Shown here one piece after another: positions 22,101 to 31,390 of a stretch of DNA of 64,000 nucleotides. The notes under the pieces are model-generated. The model was not told where the DNA came from. It saw only the letters and a program-made list of their open reading frames with translations, and searched no databases. A program made the position numbers and the translations under genes. Position 1 is the stretch's first letter; each line of letters opens with the position of its first letter. The stretch is from a virus: positions 32,001 to 96,000 of IMG/VR virus record IMGVR_UViG_3300028027_000002; one strand, written 5' to 3'.

Positions 22101-23607
22101 AGATAGACTCAACGAAGAACTTGCCTTAAATGAAAAAATTGCAAAAGAAAGAGCAGATGCTGCAAAGGCTGCACAACTTGCAGCAGAACAAAAATACGCA
22201 ACTGACAAGGCTGCATACGATGCAGAAGTTGCTAACATCAAAAAACTAAGGGGTTATGGGGTTCCAAGTTTTATTACGGACTCAATGGAGGCAGCACTAA
22301 AGGCACCAGTTGCTCCAGGCCCAACTTCAGCAGCCGATAATCCGAATGTAGACTACAACGACCCTACAAAAAATGCTGCAAATGATATTTATAAAACTGG
22401 ATTATTTGATGGTAAAACAACAAGTAGTGCTGGAGGAAAATCTAGTACTACTGGTGGTGGAACTACTGGTGGTGGAACTACTGGTGGTGGAACAACTGGT
22501 GGTGGAACAACTGGTGGAACAACTGACCCAGTTCCAAGTCCTGGGCAAAAGACTCCTCCAGGAGGGGTAAAGAAAAATACTAATGCTGATACTGCTGCAG
22601 GTACAGCAATGACCCAAGAAGAAAAAGCAATTTTGCAAATGGCATCCACAAAACGAATGGATCAACTAAAAAATATAGCAATTAACAGACCAAAGTTTGC
22701 TCTTAGCAACATGAAAATAAAGTATGGAACTAATACTAAAGATAGTGATATATACAAAAACTTAACTGGAGAAAAAAGAGTATCCTTTGACAAAGACTAC
22801 GCAGCGTATGAGGCTCTTAAAGAAGAGGCCACTAAATGGACAACAACCGATGATGGAGTTACTACTAGTTATGCTTATTCTTCTGCAGCAGGTGAGGCTG
22901 AAGAAGCAAGACTTCTTAAACTTTTACCCGATTGGGTGCAAAAAGCGGTAGAGTTAGTAGACAAAAGAACTGATCTAGCGAATACAGATTTTGCAAAGTT
23001 TAAAGAAGTAAGAGATAGATACTACGATGCAAAAGATGAAATGAAGATTGGGCCCAACTGGTCATTTAAAGACATTGAAGCATACGAACCATTTATGAAG
23101 AAGTATGGAAGTCTATATAGAGAGTATAGAGCAATCCATTCAAAACTACAAGATACAAACAACGCCACGGACTTGGCCAGAGAGAACCTACTTAAGGCTG
23201 GATACAATGACCAAAACTTAGGCTGGGCTTTTAAGAGTGCTACAAGTGCTTACCGATTTACTAATCAAACACCAAAAGGCTTTGTGCCATCTACTAGTTT
23301 TAATTATTATTCTAAGGGTGGGTCTGTTGCTTCTAGATTTGCACAAAGTGGATTAAGTATAGGAACAGACACGGTTCCAGCCATGCTTACTCCTGGTGAG
23401 TTTGTCATGAGTAAGTTTGCTGTACAATCACATGGCACAGAAAAAATGAAGGCAATAAATAATGGCTCATCAGTAGGTGACGCAGTGTATAATTATAGTA
23501 TTAGCGTAAATGTTAAGTCTGAGTCAAACCCAGATGAGATAGCAAGAACAGTCATTGCCCAGATAAAGAGCGTTGACGCACAGAAGATTAGAGGAGTTAG
23601 AATATAA
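13132..23607 (+). CDS. Tape measure protein (3491 aa)
   Basis: TTG start with SD GAGGTG; TP901-type core (GINASEGANALKS), Ala/Gln-rich helices, hydrophobic segments, two DTVPAMLTPGE motifs. Confidence 0.93.
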   Translation: MADVNANIGINFDTSQALAQLRQLQAGLSRFNQTLTQGNVAAMNAQKALNSQLMQAINATGKFVATQKDVATSTSSFTQALEKNQLSMRQYFRYTAAAATQNTKVFKGMFAQERETLTRASKDRVKLLQSQYIQMQAANGNMIKVLQVIPKHLKMVNGQYADYATRMQMAAQRQQFLNKLLSQGSTQLLNFGKNTQWAGRQLMVGLTIPLTILGSTAAKTFMEMEQAVTKFSRVYGDMTTGNDATNRAIADIQLLAKEFTKYGIAVKDTVEMAATAAAMGLTGGALNAQVIQATRLAVLGQVEQQQALETTISLTNAFGIASEDLAKKINFLNAVENQTVLSIEDLTIAVPKAGPVIRQLGGSVEDLAFFMTAMKEGGINASEGANALKSGLASMINPSKKASEFLAELGINITGIVNANAGDLKGTVIGFARALDTLDPLNRARAIEQMFGKFQFARLSTLFQNITKDGSQASRALGLAGASVEELAILSERELGKVEDMTGAKFKKSMENLKLQLIPIGKAFLQAVTPIVNFVGRILEKFNTLSDGTKKVVTVIIGVIGGLAPVALMTFGVLMNAVANGIKLFAKLRGGIAQLNGSNNVLGGGFEYLTNEQTENVAQANALHTSHSQLISTFNVEAASVQALAAAYQTAASQARALAQSSPGLFNTVPGPTGAVAGLPKKFARGGVVPGTGNKDTVPAMLTPGEVVLSKDMVKNNPELIAGIMNGSVKKYSQSTNVEGGGFSAEGLAIRAAQMKEVYLGTGSEGFDKRVKGLIDGAISVGEAGVKRIIEFARASGEEIVASQTEAMNRWRSAMLDEADAALAAVPDRSASKDEIKEFLKTRALGSSNAFDTLDTHGGQNKAKTFAHTELSTPVSYEEALRVSSQSKRVSDRIKLIQGGADWANNLPDSDPRKPKTPITPEFRAVSAAGFEGITQETNKELDLGTASVTKFVDEFTNLDPIEKWGTSLRNAGLDIDAHAEDIRQLDAIYQEHLRTFAESNTSGVMSDSDLATIREQALNDPRSNPTVVAAARRSSNNVSGIRSSGVGQEQEDMIMEAYANGEIPLPEGVDSVPEKLFPKSGSAIGGEAGRKKRLGVFDQEVEDQLAPLVVATPEAEANAEAEGEKIGKAATRGVKKGAKTESPSTDGIEVGKDIAEGVVIGLQEGEASVASQGAQLGSSAVPKKPRTAAETQARVDKMDLDNKAFYDDLDTPEFRDERQVLKSLDRQRRKRGATGTVGSGPATPPVPGPSSLTVASTARTEAAAEDLAVSTEQAATAQAQVVQQINDESRSRVTIKGNTVNIQKAREEADKAENEAAITRARAHALESEQLKQKKSNSPTTITDEQVLAAKEKANAAELEYARIRQELAEQGITAAQPGEMQEVAIQDPVKTPAKVKKAEDIISNGTVEQGDGLRRIVDGTEDTADSTLLVAEQTDEIATVTGDIIPAQTDNLDNVITTASLNDAIVNTTGDIHGSTIETAMSQEEIVALQEQEQVLREQLNANLRRQSDAVLSGSDLSPTGKRRLTEQEALDEAFGRDPGTNGPDDLGQKGYTRNKKGEILFDPETGQPTTMDEKQITKKKRGMRKEKVGKFSGKAAGALGMATMVAGAVGAPPQVTAALGTAATVAQFAPMIAGMGPVGLAVTAIAAVGVGLMALNKRLQASYDAQAKFVRETSASTKKMAEIGAITGKVGASEIMAKKRATGTTRDYIVRERAGSSFGDTFMQSDTGKAMSKTLQANITKSGAKEAAETFATEIAAYVQDGVLTAEQAQDIAYQIGVNFKDTSLGIKVDANLSALIGPNGEDLAKDPMVVGMRLVQSAERGSLNSVKSIDEAKSHGLSGATEAADLGAREAVAMQMAQMQADAVARRYDDEIRALEAQVAQTKNKQEQIKLEDKLTALKEKAYDAESQMNNIVANQTDMAMQRFTEEIQHQSVVWDAVTLGLYKLWGAGNQREAAYTRALNGAITDKYANTEQATEAATVSDRLAKFADGKTLGFGTNNYEDAGFAGGKEAQQFEVKMKLLMANGTLTPNQTTAMLDLFEGNLPRLETVLDIGTRMHGASATAEIIMLLTNFQDKEYAQKIALEVTTQDNESFKKLSDIFGLAAQLDGKEINMEVVVTEVGGVAGLEYYIERLDELETKIKGLKGKSITQEDVAQFTKDTNVKVDDGFLDYINTEFKGDGKKQADAIRAYTLVYKQIMSMDYASEEARDYFRSQAGQMAVDKLNELRKAGNAPADIETYIKNQTEIEIDALITKVKVDPTAVTGDKVETYLGTKPVVDSNTGPGGNKDGGTKKEDPLAFLESLAMRIKMVRDQAFNAKKPIESMLAAFNSPAAKKNVANMFTLFDGLQQKLIALKVPEEFRDYIAGLDAQQLEDLKKADLDKKKKGQQGIFLYGEKKDKDGKTVKDKKGNVVYDTSRIVGISKEGKAIMAAYNEAPLDKFNIAQRKVVTDTDMQFKAFNKLKAAGIDTGVALETVSDSVLAASIASSALQGTDLKIFIDDLKKSASAAEKAAVMADLLKKNADFKFKNETFPKLASSLKIAGLSAENIATVLQDPALAKQLMADLEDGKIDSKAIADYLNSIKEEKIVEIRGKFNAGDFAAAAAPGMELVNKMFATQEALIRTGIDGRSKAMVARLKDLKEVNENLQLDIQKITFNLIRPLEKAIEKATRDLEIKVTRKIEAYQEEVSDLQRIIEIAFERPIAAINAENTIMSNDMEIMNKAAEEINKRYDEQAEALSKVAAINAEIVAQEKEQLDLADALSKGDIAAAARAVQSIRASQAAKNADNASKALEQSRKNEVDSLRGRDSGLSKDEITERQYQNAQAIYDLENRATTDVNGKLMTRLQILDDIQKKNDEIYKLEEDREARQLAIRALEDKIYDINEQQIKPKQDIIDANALQIAIDEDALQDLVDNITVLGKTRDVWDGISAKIEASSLAGQDFDGLMGGMLASVDQIDKGWKSIENTLSKYSSESAAAEGSAMDAMRDRLNEELALNEKIAKERADAAKAAQLAAEQKYATDKAAYDAEVANIKKLRGYGVPSFITDSMEAALKAPVAPGPTSAADNPNVDYNDPTKNAANDIYKTGLFDGKTTSSAGGKSSTTGGGTTGGGTTGGGTTGGGTTGGTTDPVPSPGQKTPPGGVKKNTNADTAAGTAMTQEEKAILQMASTKRMDQLKNIAINRPKFALSNMKIKYGTNTKDSDIYKNLTGEKRVSFDKDYAAYEALKEEATKWTTTDDGVTTSYAYSSAAGEAEEARLLKLLPDWVQKAVELVDKRTDLANTDFAKFKEVRDRYYDAKDEMKIGPNWSFKDIEAYEPFMKKYGSLYREYRAIHSKLQDTNNATDLARENLLKAGYNDQNLGWAFKSATSAYRFTNQTPKGFVPSTSFNYYSKGGSVASRFAQSGLSIGTDTVPAMLTPGEFVMSKFAVQSHGTEKMKAINNGSSVGDAVYNYSISVNVKSESNPDEIARTVIAQIKSVDAQKIRGVRI
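22447..22524 (+). repeat. 15-bp tandem repeat (ACWACTGGTGGTGGA, ~5 copies) encoding TTGGG
   Basis: Directly visible tandem array inside the tape measure gene. Confidence 0.9.
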
Positions 23608-24266
23608 TGGCAACTAATGCATATATGGCAGGTCGTAAAAAATATCAAAGACCTCAAGGACTTCTCTTTGCAGATAACCAGGGTATCAAGGTAGACGGAT
23701 TTCATATCCCAGAGGGAGACGAGATAGGGTCATTAGCAGCCTCTACAGACGGATATGGAGAGTTCTTAATACTTTCCGATAATAATAGGTCACCCATAGA
23801 CTTTAAGACCACTAGAATTGAAAAAAGAGAAAGAATGATTAATGGTCGTATGAGGTCTTACCATACTGCTGACAAACTAACTATTACAGTATCCTGGGAT
23901 ATGCTCCCATCAAGAGCCTATGATACATACGCAGGGTTTAATTCTAATGGAGATCCAAACCTAGTAAAAAATATAAATACCAGACCAAACCCATTAGAGT
24001 TTACTACAGATGGTGGAGCAGGTGGAGTAGAACTGCTTGACTGGTATAAAAATCATAGCGGATCATTTTGGGTTTATCTTGCTTACGACAAATACACTAA
24101 CTTTAAAGACACGTACGAGACTGCACCAGATGAAAGATTTAATAATATAAACAAATATAATGAAGTTATAGAAGTATTTTTTTCAGACTTTAACTATTCA
24201 GTTCAAAAAAGAAGCGGATTAAACTTTGATTTCTGGAATGTATCTTTAACTTTGGAAGAAGTATAA
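23607..24266 (+). CDS. Putative distal tail protein
   Basis: First gene after the tape measure; ends WNVSLTLEEV as in Dit-like proteins. Confidence 0.6.
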   Translation: MATNAYMAGRKKYQRPQGLLFADNQGIKVDGFHIPEGDEIGSLAASTDGYGEFLILSDNNRSPIDFKTTRIEKRERMINGRMRSYHTADKLTITVSWDMLPSRAYDTYAGFNSNGDPNLVKNINTRPNPLEFTTDGGAGGVELLDWYKNHSGSFWVYLAYDKYTNFKDTYETAPDERFNNINKYNEVIEVFFSDFNYSVQKRSGLNFDFWNVSLTLEEV

Positions 24267-27200
24267 TGTTTCAAGACAAAGATTTACTAAATCATATAGA
24301 GACAAGTTCGTCTATTAAGACACAGTCTGCAGTTATTGCTGAATGGAATATGAATATACATACAAATATTCTAGCAGTTGGAAATTATAGGTACCGTCCA
24401 AACCAATCATCTTCTATTTATAGAACAATTCCAAATACTTTTGCTTTAGAAAATAAAAATACTACTACAGCATTCTACTACGGTGCAACTGATGCAGATG
24501 TAGTTGTTGACGCAGGGTTTGAAAACAATGACTTACCAATGAGACTTGTTCCTAAAAAAGATAAACTAAAAATGCTTTACTCTTTAGAAGATTGCTTAAA
24601 GTCATTTAGACCAAGGTCTGGAATCAATAAGGCAATGTTTTTGGACGGAAGATTTCTTCACAATCCAGATATAAACATGGCTAGAAAACCAAGATATTAT
24701 ATGCCAGACAAAAATGATCCATTTAAATATTGGACATCATATAGAACTGAAAATGGAACTGAATATGGCATATCTAATAAGACAATCAATGGAAGACATG
24801 CAATTGAAGATGCTGCTCCATTTGTTGTTTATAAAGAAAAGATTCCAGCAAATAGAATTGTCGTAAAGATGCAAACAAACACAGGAGATATTAATTCTGG
24901 AGTATACACAAAAAAGTCTGGGTCTTTTTCAGATCCCTATTTTGGAGAACTAAATCAAACCACTCCAAGTGTTTGGAAAATTCAAGTATTAAAAAATAAT
25001 AGTTGGGTCGATGCATTATCATTCTCTGATCAAACCAGAAGAAAAGATGGAACACCAATAATACAGTCAGATGGATATGTTGAAATATCTTATGGTCTTG
25101 TAGTACCAAAAATCTATTCAGAAGTTTTTACTTATCGTGGAGAACTTTCATCAGTATCTCTTAAGCCAATTGTTGGAACAAGAGAAGGTGATGCCTTCCT
25201 AGTTATTGAAAATTCTGGGGATATTGGAGAGTATCATATTTGGTATAAGGATGAGTGGAAGATATTCGTTCCAACCTATGGCTGGAAGTTTCAAGAGCCA
25301 GAAGTTGATAGTTTTACAAATTTTGTTACTGAGTTGTCAGATCCTACAAAGTATATAGTAAGCGGAGAAACAAAATATAAAGAGTTTGAATATATTTCTG
25401 GAATAAGAGTTGTTGTTGATAGCATGAAGAAGTTTGACTCATCTTTTGACCTTATCGAACTTTCTCCAAGACTGACTGCAGACCTTTCAGACAGGGTAAC
25501 ATCTTTTAATATTAATAAAAGTGCTTCAGATTTAGGTGTAAGCGGTATGCCAGTAGGACAACTTCTTGCTTCTACTGGTAGCATTTCTTTTTTTGATTTT
25601 GATGATTCATTTAACGATAACAACATAAAAAGCATTGTTGCTAATAAAAAAATAAAAAATGTTCAAATTAAAATATATGAAGTTTTAACAGACGCCATTG
25701 GTATAAGTTACTATGTTCCAGTCAAGACAATGTATTCCGATGGATTTCCAAAAACAAACAATCAGTCAAAAGAGGTTTCTTTAGATTTAAGAGATCTGTA
25801 TTTTTATTTTGAGTCGCAAACTGCTCCAGAAATATTATCTACAAGCACATCCGTAAGTGCTGCAGTGTCATTACTTCTTGACTCTATTGGGTTTTCTAAT
25901 TACATATTTAAAAGGGTAGAGGGAGAATCTGAAATGGTAATTCCATATTTTTTCATTCCTCCAGACAAAAGCGTTGCAGAAGTCCTAGAGTCATTAGCCA
26001 TTTCTACCCAGACAGCAATGTTCTTTGATGAGTATAACAATTTTGTAATGATGAGCAAAGATTATATAATGCCAACAGAAGCACAAAGACCTACGGACCT
26101 AACATTTTACGGTTCATCAGACTCTGACGATGTCGAAGTTATAAAAAATAAAACAATCAAACCTAAACTTTCAAACATTATTGAGTTAACTAGTCAAAAC
26201 AATCAGGTTTATAATGGCGGGCAAATATCCTACACCACAAGGCATATACAAAGATCAGTTGGAACTATTAAAGAAGCCCTTATGGTTGACAGAGAAAGAT
26301 CTTATACATATAAACCAGTTCCTCTTTGGGAAGTCTCTGGGACAGAGTTTACAAAATCAATAAACCAAGAAGTTGGAAACATGTCTAGTTATTCTCTTAG
26401 CGCAATACCTTTAAACTCTTCACTCTCTTCTCTGGTTCCAACAGTTTCTAGCGGTAGGATTATTAACAATACTATCGATCTAGGGGAAGCAATATATTAT
26501 ATATCAAGATACAATGGATATTTTTACGCAAATGCAGAAATTATAAAGTATGATGCAGTTCAGTATAATGTTTCAGGTTCTGGAGATGTATGGATTAACA
26601 GTGTTGAGGAATACAGCAAGTACTTTGCGTCACTGCCTTTTAATGGGAAAATATATCCAACAGGTCTTATAAGAATATACTCTGAGCCAAACTATGAAGA
26701 AGTTAATGGTTTTTCTAGATTAAAAAATGGCGAGGTTGCAAAGCATGGAAGAGGACAGTTTGGAACTCCTGTTGTAGAGCATACGGCTGGACTAAGTGAT
26801 CACTGGTCAAACAATGATAACGTAAGAGGATGTAATATGGAATCTAAGTATTTGTTTAGGTTTAATCAGACTCTTCCAGCAACGACTCAAGATGTCTCAG
26901 CGGGAATCAACAATACTCTTGCTACAAAAACGACTAGAAACGGAATTATTAAAAATTTTTATTCTTCCAAATATATTGCAGAGTCTGAGATTAACAAAAT
27001 GCTTTCAGTTCAGGCAGGCACTGTACAGTCCTCAGCCCTAGTAATGAATGGTGCAGGATTCAAAACAACAGAATCCCCTACAGACTTTATCTCTTATGTA
27101 TACAAACCCCTAGACAACAACTATAAGCATTTTGGAACAAGGCTTAGAGTGATAGGAAGAATTAATGATAATGAAAAAAACGGTCAAACCCCAGTAGGAC

Positions 27201-28564
27201 TGGCAGAACTATACACTGTACCAGGTAAGACAGCGGATGAAAAAATAACTATATCTGGTGGTGGTGGAGGCCTTGGAATCATGGTTGATCCAAAAACAAA
27301 CGCTGGATACTTTTTTGAGATAATTGCTCTTGATGCAACTAAATTAACAGACAAACAAAGACAAAATGTTCATAACATTATTTTTTATAAAACTGCTCGT
27401 AAAGCAACAGAAACTGATCCAACCAAGCCAGCAATTCCAATTAAACTATATGAGGGTCTTGCAAACATATCTGTAGATGGAGGAGATTTTGCAGGACAGT
27501 ATAGGCTATCTGCTGAGCAAGATCCAACTGTGTATGACCTATCAGTAGAGTATCAGGATATTGGGTCAAGAAGAAAGTTTTTCTTATATTTAAATAATAA
27601 TCTTATTGCTACAGTATTTGATGATTCGCCACTAAAGGTATATAACAATGTTGCTCTTTTTGTTAGAGGGTCATCCAGAGTTATGTTTGAAAATGTATAT
27701 GCATTAGCAAATAACTACTCTCAAAATACTTCATTCGAACTAAACACTCCAATATCAAGTGTATTCGGTGACTCGAATGTAAATGCACACGACTCATTTA
27801 GAAAATATTCGATGAGCGGAATGGTTCAGGCATCCTATCTTTCTGGCATAGGTTCTTCACAGCCACCAAAGTTTAGCATGTACTTTGATGAGTTCGGAAC
27901 TATAATGAGAGAAGCCTCATCATTTAATTTTAAATATGATTTGGCATATCCAGCACTTTATGCAGAACTATCTCCGACTTTTAACAAACTAAAAGGATAT
28001 GTAGTTTCTGGATTTAGGGCAAGATCTTATGGAGCAGAGTTTTTAGTTTTCAATACAACAGATACTGCTTTAAATTTAGACGAAACAAGTCAAAACTATT
28101 TGAGAGTTCAGGGAGTTGCTTTTACTAATCAATCTCCAAACAACTTTACTGTTGACGAATACTTTTTAAAAAATAGTGACATGTCAGACCCACAGTTTGA
28201 CTCAACTGGTTTAATAACATCGGTAGGCAAAATAGCAAAGAACTATCAAGACATAAAGGCAAGCAGAATGCTATACGGAAGAAAAGATTTTTCTTTAGAT
28301 GTCCCATATGTTCAATCCAAAGACGATGCTGAATCATTAATGTCTTGGCTTGTACAGAAAATAACAAAGCCAAGAAAGTCTATAGGTCTTAAAATATTTG
28401 CAAACCCTATGATACAACTTGGGGATATTGTAAAGGTAGACTATGTAGAAAAGGGTATAAACAAAATTGACGAGGATGACTCTAGGTTTGTAGTGTACAA
28501 TATAGAGTATTCAAAAACAAAAGATGGCCCAGAAATGTCTATATTCTTAAGTGAGGTATTGTAA
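24266..28564 (+). CDS. Large tail tip / baseplate hub protein
   Basis: 1432 aa; C-terminal hub motif ANPMIQLGDIVKV; internal lectin-like segment. Confidence 0.65.
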   Translation: MFQDKDLLNHIETSSSIKTQSAVIAEWNMNIHTNILAVGNYRYRPNQSSSIYRTIPNTFALENKNTTTAFYYGATDADVVVDAGFENNDLPMRLVPKKDKLKMLYSLEDCLKSFRPRSGINKAMFLDGRFLHNPDINMARKPRYYMPDKNDPFKYWTSYRTENGTEYGISNKTINGRHAIEDAAPFVVYKEKIPANRIVVKMQTNTGDINSGVYTKKSGSFSDPYFGELNQTTPSVWKIQVLKNNSWVDALSFSDQTRRKDGTPIIQSDGYVEISYGLVVPKIYSEVFTYRGELSSVSLKPIVGTREGDAFLVIENSGDIGEYHIWYKDEWKIFVPTYGWKFQEPEVDSFTNFVTELSDPTKYIVSGETKYKEFEYISGIRVVVDSMKKFDSSFDLIELSPRLTADLSDRVTSFNINKSASDLGVSGMPVGQLLASTGSISFFDFDDSFNDNNIKSIVANKKIKNVQIKIYEVLTDAIGISYYVPVKTMYSDGFPKTNNQSKEVSLDLRDLYFYFESQTAPEILSTSTSVSAAVSLLLDSIGFSNYIFKRVEGESEMVIPYFFIPPDKSVAEVLESLAISTQTAMFFDEYNNFVMMSKDYIMPTEAQRPTDLTFYGSSDSDDVEVIKNKTIKPKLSNIIELTSQNNQVYNGGQISYTTRHIQRSVGTIKEALMVDRERSYTYKPVPLWEVSGTEFTKSINQEVGNMSSYSLSAIPLNSSLSSLVPTVSSGRIINNTIDLGEAIYYISRYNGYFYANAEIIKYDAVQYNVSGSGDVWINSVEEYSKYFASLPFNGKIYPTGLIRIYSEPNYEEVNGFSRLKNGEVAKHGRGQFGTPVVEHTAGLSDHWSNNDNVRGCNMESKYLFRFNQTLPATTQDVSAGINNTLATKTTRNGIIKNFYSSKYIAESEINKMLSVQAGTVQSSALVMNGAGFKTTESPTDFISYVYKPLDNNYKHFGTRLRVIGRINDNEKNGQTPVGLAELYTVPGKTADEKITISGGGGGLGIMVDPKTNAGYFFEIIALDATKLTDKQRQNVHNIIFYKTARKATETDPTKPAIPIKLYEGLANISVDGGDFAGQYRLSAEQDPTVYDLSVEYQDIGSRRKFFLYLNNNLIATVFDDSPLKVYNNVALFVRGSSRVMFENVYALANNYSQNTSFELNTPISSVFGDSNVNAHDSFRKYSMSGMVQASYLSGIGSSQPPKFSMYFDEFGTIMREASSFNFKYDLAYPALYAELSPTFNKLKGYVVSGFRARSYGAEFLVFNTTDTALNLDETSQNYLRVQGVAFTNQSPNNFTVDEYFLKNSDMSDPQFDSTGLITSVGKIAKNYQDIKASRMLYGRKDFSLDVPYVQSKDDAESLMSWLVQKITKPRKSIGLKIFANPMIQLGDIVKVDYVEKGINKIDEDDSRFVVYNIEYSKTKDGPEMSIFLSEVL

Positions 28565-29073
28565 TGGCAGTAGATGCAACAGCAAATCAGGCAACAACAA
28601 CTTGGGTATCTGACTTTGGTCGCAGTTCTGTAAAGGATCCAATTAAAGTAGCAACCCCAAATTTGGTAGAAATATTAAATCCACCACTTGACTACAATAC
28701 CATGACAGAACTTATATTTCAGGATATAGGTGGGCAAGAAATGATTAATATTTCTAGGTCTGATGCAATTAATGGACAAAATATTATGTATAGCATTATA
28801 AAAAATTTAAAAAATATAATGCTTGACTATAATTCTAATAATATAATCAAACTTCAGGGCACCTCCGATGTATATTTTAAGAACTTTGCAATAAGGCTTG
28901 AGGACAAACTGCCTATTCAGGCCTCATCAGAGCAGACACCAAACGTATATATTGAAAACAGCACTAACAATATAGTGGTTGAGTTAGTTAATCTTGAAGA
29001 AGATGAGCAGGTAGAGATCGAGATAATAAGCCAAGGATCTTACTTTGATGATATAATTGAGGATGGGGAATAA
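28564..29073 (+). CDS. Putative minor tail protein
   Basis: Coupled ORF in the tail-tip cluster. Confidence 0.5.
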   Translation: MAVDATANQATTTWVSDFGRSSVKDPIKVATPNLVEILNPPLDYNTMTELIFQDIGGQEMINISRSDAINGQNIMYSIIKNLKNIMLDYNSNNIIKLQGTSDVYFKNFAIRLEDKLPIQASSEQTPNVYIENSTNNIVVELVNLEEDEQVEIEIISQGSYFDDIIEDGE

Positions 29074-29076
29074 TAG

Positions 29077-30240
29077 ATGATAACTAATGAAGGTAAAGGT
29101 ATTTTAGCAAAATATCTTGTAGGTCAGGCTCCAGCATTTGCTTCTTTTATTGCTATTGGTTGTGGAGCAACGCCAGTCTCTTCCTCCCACATTTTTTCAA
29201 ATTCTGAATTAAATGAAATAAAAAATAAAAAATCTTTAGACTTTGAGATGTTTCGTGTACCAGTAACCTCTAGAGGATATGTTACTGAAAACGGTGTAGA
29301 CAAGATTGTCTTTACTGGAGAACTCCCTACACTAGAAAGATATGAAATAACAGAAGTTGGACTTTGGTCAGCAGGATCTAATCCTAGCGCAAACTTTAAT
29401 GACAGTCGACCAATATTTTTGTTTAATGAGAATGAGTCTTGGCAAAATGTTAACACTCCTGGATCAGTAGTTGAACTAACACCATATACTGACAGACTAG
29501 ACTTAGATGGTGTACTAATCCCTACTGAAAAATCATTTATAACAAATTCAGACAACCCAACCTTCTTAAGACCAAAACGCTCTGGTAAGTATGAAGGATC
29601 TAGATTTTTAAATAATGTTATAGTTCTTAGAGGAGACCTATCAAAGATAGATACAGATCCAGATACTGGAATTTTGGAAATAAATCCAACCTCACCTAGC
29701 CATTTAAGACTAACGGCAGCGACACTAGATTTTGACAAGTCATCTCCAAAAGATGAGTTCAGATTGGCATTTTCTGTAATAAACAAAGATGAAGACAGGG
29801 ATAATATACAGCCTGAGAATGTAAAAATTGTTATAGAGTTTTCAGATAAGGATGTATTAGATGATAGTGAAAAAGAATATGCAAGGTTTGAAACAGTTCT
29901 TAATAAAGATGATGTTGACTTTGCAAATCAAAGATACTTTGTTTCTGTTACAAAATTTGAAGATCTATCTAGGAGTCCTGGTTTTACATGGAAGATAGCA
30001 AATTTGGTAAAAATTTATGTAACGATAGAGGAAAAAAATCCAAACACAAATATTGTTGCTATATCTGATCAATACTATGTTTGTCTTGACGCACTAAGAC
30101 TAGAAAATACAACGAACCTTAATCCTATATATGGATTAACAGGGTATTCAATTATAAAGACTGTAGACTCAAAACCTATTGTAAAAATTTCTAACAGTTC
30201 AAACCACATTGAATTTAGATTTGGTCTGGATGTTTTGTAG
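29077..30240 (+). CDS. Putative minor tail/baseplate protein
   Basis: MITNEGK..LAK..IAIGCG and ITEVGL motifs of tail-collar/baseplate-type domains. Confidence 0.55.
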   Translation: MITNEGKGILAKYLVGQAPAFASFIAIGCGATPVSSSHIFSNSELNEIKNKKSLDFEMFRVPVTSRGYVTENGVDKIVFTGELPTLERYEITEVGLWSAGSNPSANFNDSRPIFLFNENESWQNVNTPGSVVELTPYTDRLDLDGVLIPTEKSFITNSDNPTFLRPKRSGKYEGSRFLNNVIVLRGDLSKIDTDPDTGILEINPTSPSHLRLTAATLDFDKSSPKDEFRLAFSVINKDEDRDNIQPENVKIVIEFSDKDVLDDSEKEYARFETVLNKDDVDFANQRYFVSVTKFEDLSRSPGFTWKIANLVKIYVTIEEKNPNTNIVAISDQYYVCLDALRLENTTNLNPIYGLTGYSIIKTVDSKPIVKISNSSNHIEFRFGLDVL

Positions 30241-30740
30241 TGCTAGATCAAGGAATAAAAAAGGCGACAGTGTCAGAAGAAGACTTACCTTCTTTTAATG
30301 CAAGCAACTTGGGATATTTTGTTAGGTATAGAATTATCTCTAGTGATAAAAATAGATATTCACACTGGTCTCCATACTATTTTTTGCTTAAAGGGATAGT
30401 TCCAAAAGTTCCTTGCTCTGTTAGTGTTACAGGCACCTCTCTAAAGGTTATTAATATGGTTTGGCAACATCCAAAAATTTCAGATGATGCCGAAGAAACT
30501 GAAATATCGATATTTAAAGAATATGACATATACATAAGGACAAATCTTACATTTGACCCACTAGATCTTGACGATCCTTTGAATGGTTTTATTAGTATTG
30601 GAAGTTCTTCATCAACTCAGTTTTCAACTCTAGCACCTTCTGGCATATCTTGGTTTCAGGTTGCAATCCAGGTTCCTGTCTATCCAAAAGCCTATTCTTC
30701 AAATGCTGCAATTTTTACTTCAGCACAGACAAGCCTTTAG
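30240..30740 (+). CDS. Putative minor tail protein (FN3-like)
   Basis: GTG start; YFVRYRI..RYSHWSP FN3-like signature. Confidence 0.45.
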   Translation: MLDQGIKKATVSEEDLPSFNASNLGYFVRYRIISSDKNRYSHWSPYYFLLKGIVPKVPCSVSVTGTSLKVINMVWQHPKISDDAEETEISIFKEYDIYIRTNLTFDPLDLDDPLNGFISIGSSSSTQFSTLAPSGISWFQVAIQVPVYPKAYSSNAAIFTSAQTSL

Positions 30741-30755
30741 TGGTATAATTATAGT

Positions 30756-31199
30756 ATGGCAAAAATACCCTTACCTGAGCGTGGTCAACCACTAGACGTT
30801 ACATATATCTATGAAATGGCACAAGCAATAAATGATTTGTCTAAAGAAGTATCTCCAGCCACCTATGACTATGTGACTGTTCAAACAGCAGACAATGGCC
30901 CACAAAACAGAAAGATTACAGAAGTCAGAATGCTTGGGGCATTGGCCAAGGTTGCAAGCAGCAGATCCGTTCTTGCTGGGGATCAATTGCCATTCAGTGT
31001 TTCTTTTGCTGGAGAGTTTAGGTTTCCACCAATTGTTACTGCAACTGCAGTCAATGCTGGTCAAACCCCAGCAGGTGCAAATGTCACATTAATTTTAAAT
31101 GATCCTTCAACATCTTCTGTTAATGGATTTGTTAAGTTTAACACTTCTGGTCTAGTGTCAGTCAATGTTAACTTAATGATTATGGGAATACCAAATTAA
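30756..31199 (+). CDS. Putative virion protein with H-type lectin-like C-terminus (leaderless)
   Basis: VSF...F..PPIVTAT motif; TGGTATAAT ends 6 nt before the ATG. Confidence 0.5.
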   Translation: MAKIPLPERGQPLDVTYIYEMAQAINDLSKEVSPATYDYVTVQTADNGPQNRKITEVRMLGALAKVASSRSVLAGDQLPFSVSFAGEFRFPPIVTATAVNAGQTPAGANVTLILNDPSTSSVNGFVKFNTSGLVSVNVNLMIMGIPN

Positions 31200-31390
31200 T
31201 GCTTAAGTGTACAAAGTGCAAAGGAAGAATGTTTCTTGACAGACAGTACAGCACCATTGGTCACCTTGAAACATATTGCATGTCTTGTGGGAACAGAATT
31301 TTTTTTAATCCACCAACAAGTTCTGCGGAGGGTTTATGGCTATTAAAAAGGGAAGTATCGAGAGCGAAGGCTACAATGTCCTCCCTGTAA
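31199..31390 (+). CDS. Small zinc-ribbon protein
   Basis: CTKC...CMSCG; coupled start. Confidence 0.65.
   Translation: MLKCTKCKGRMFLDRQYSTIGHLETYCMSCGNRIFFNPPTSSAEGLWLLKREVSRAKATMSSL

Noticed and set aside
22447-22524. 15-bp tandem repeat as a regulatory array or origin
   Set aside because: In-frame coding repeat for a Gly/Thr linker with synonymous variation.
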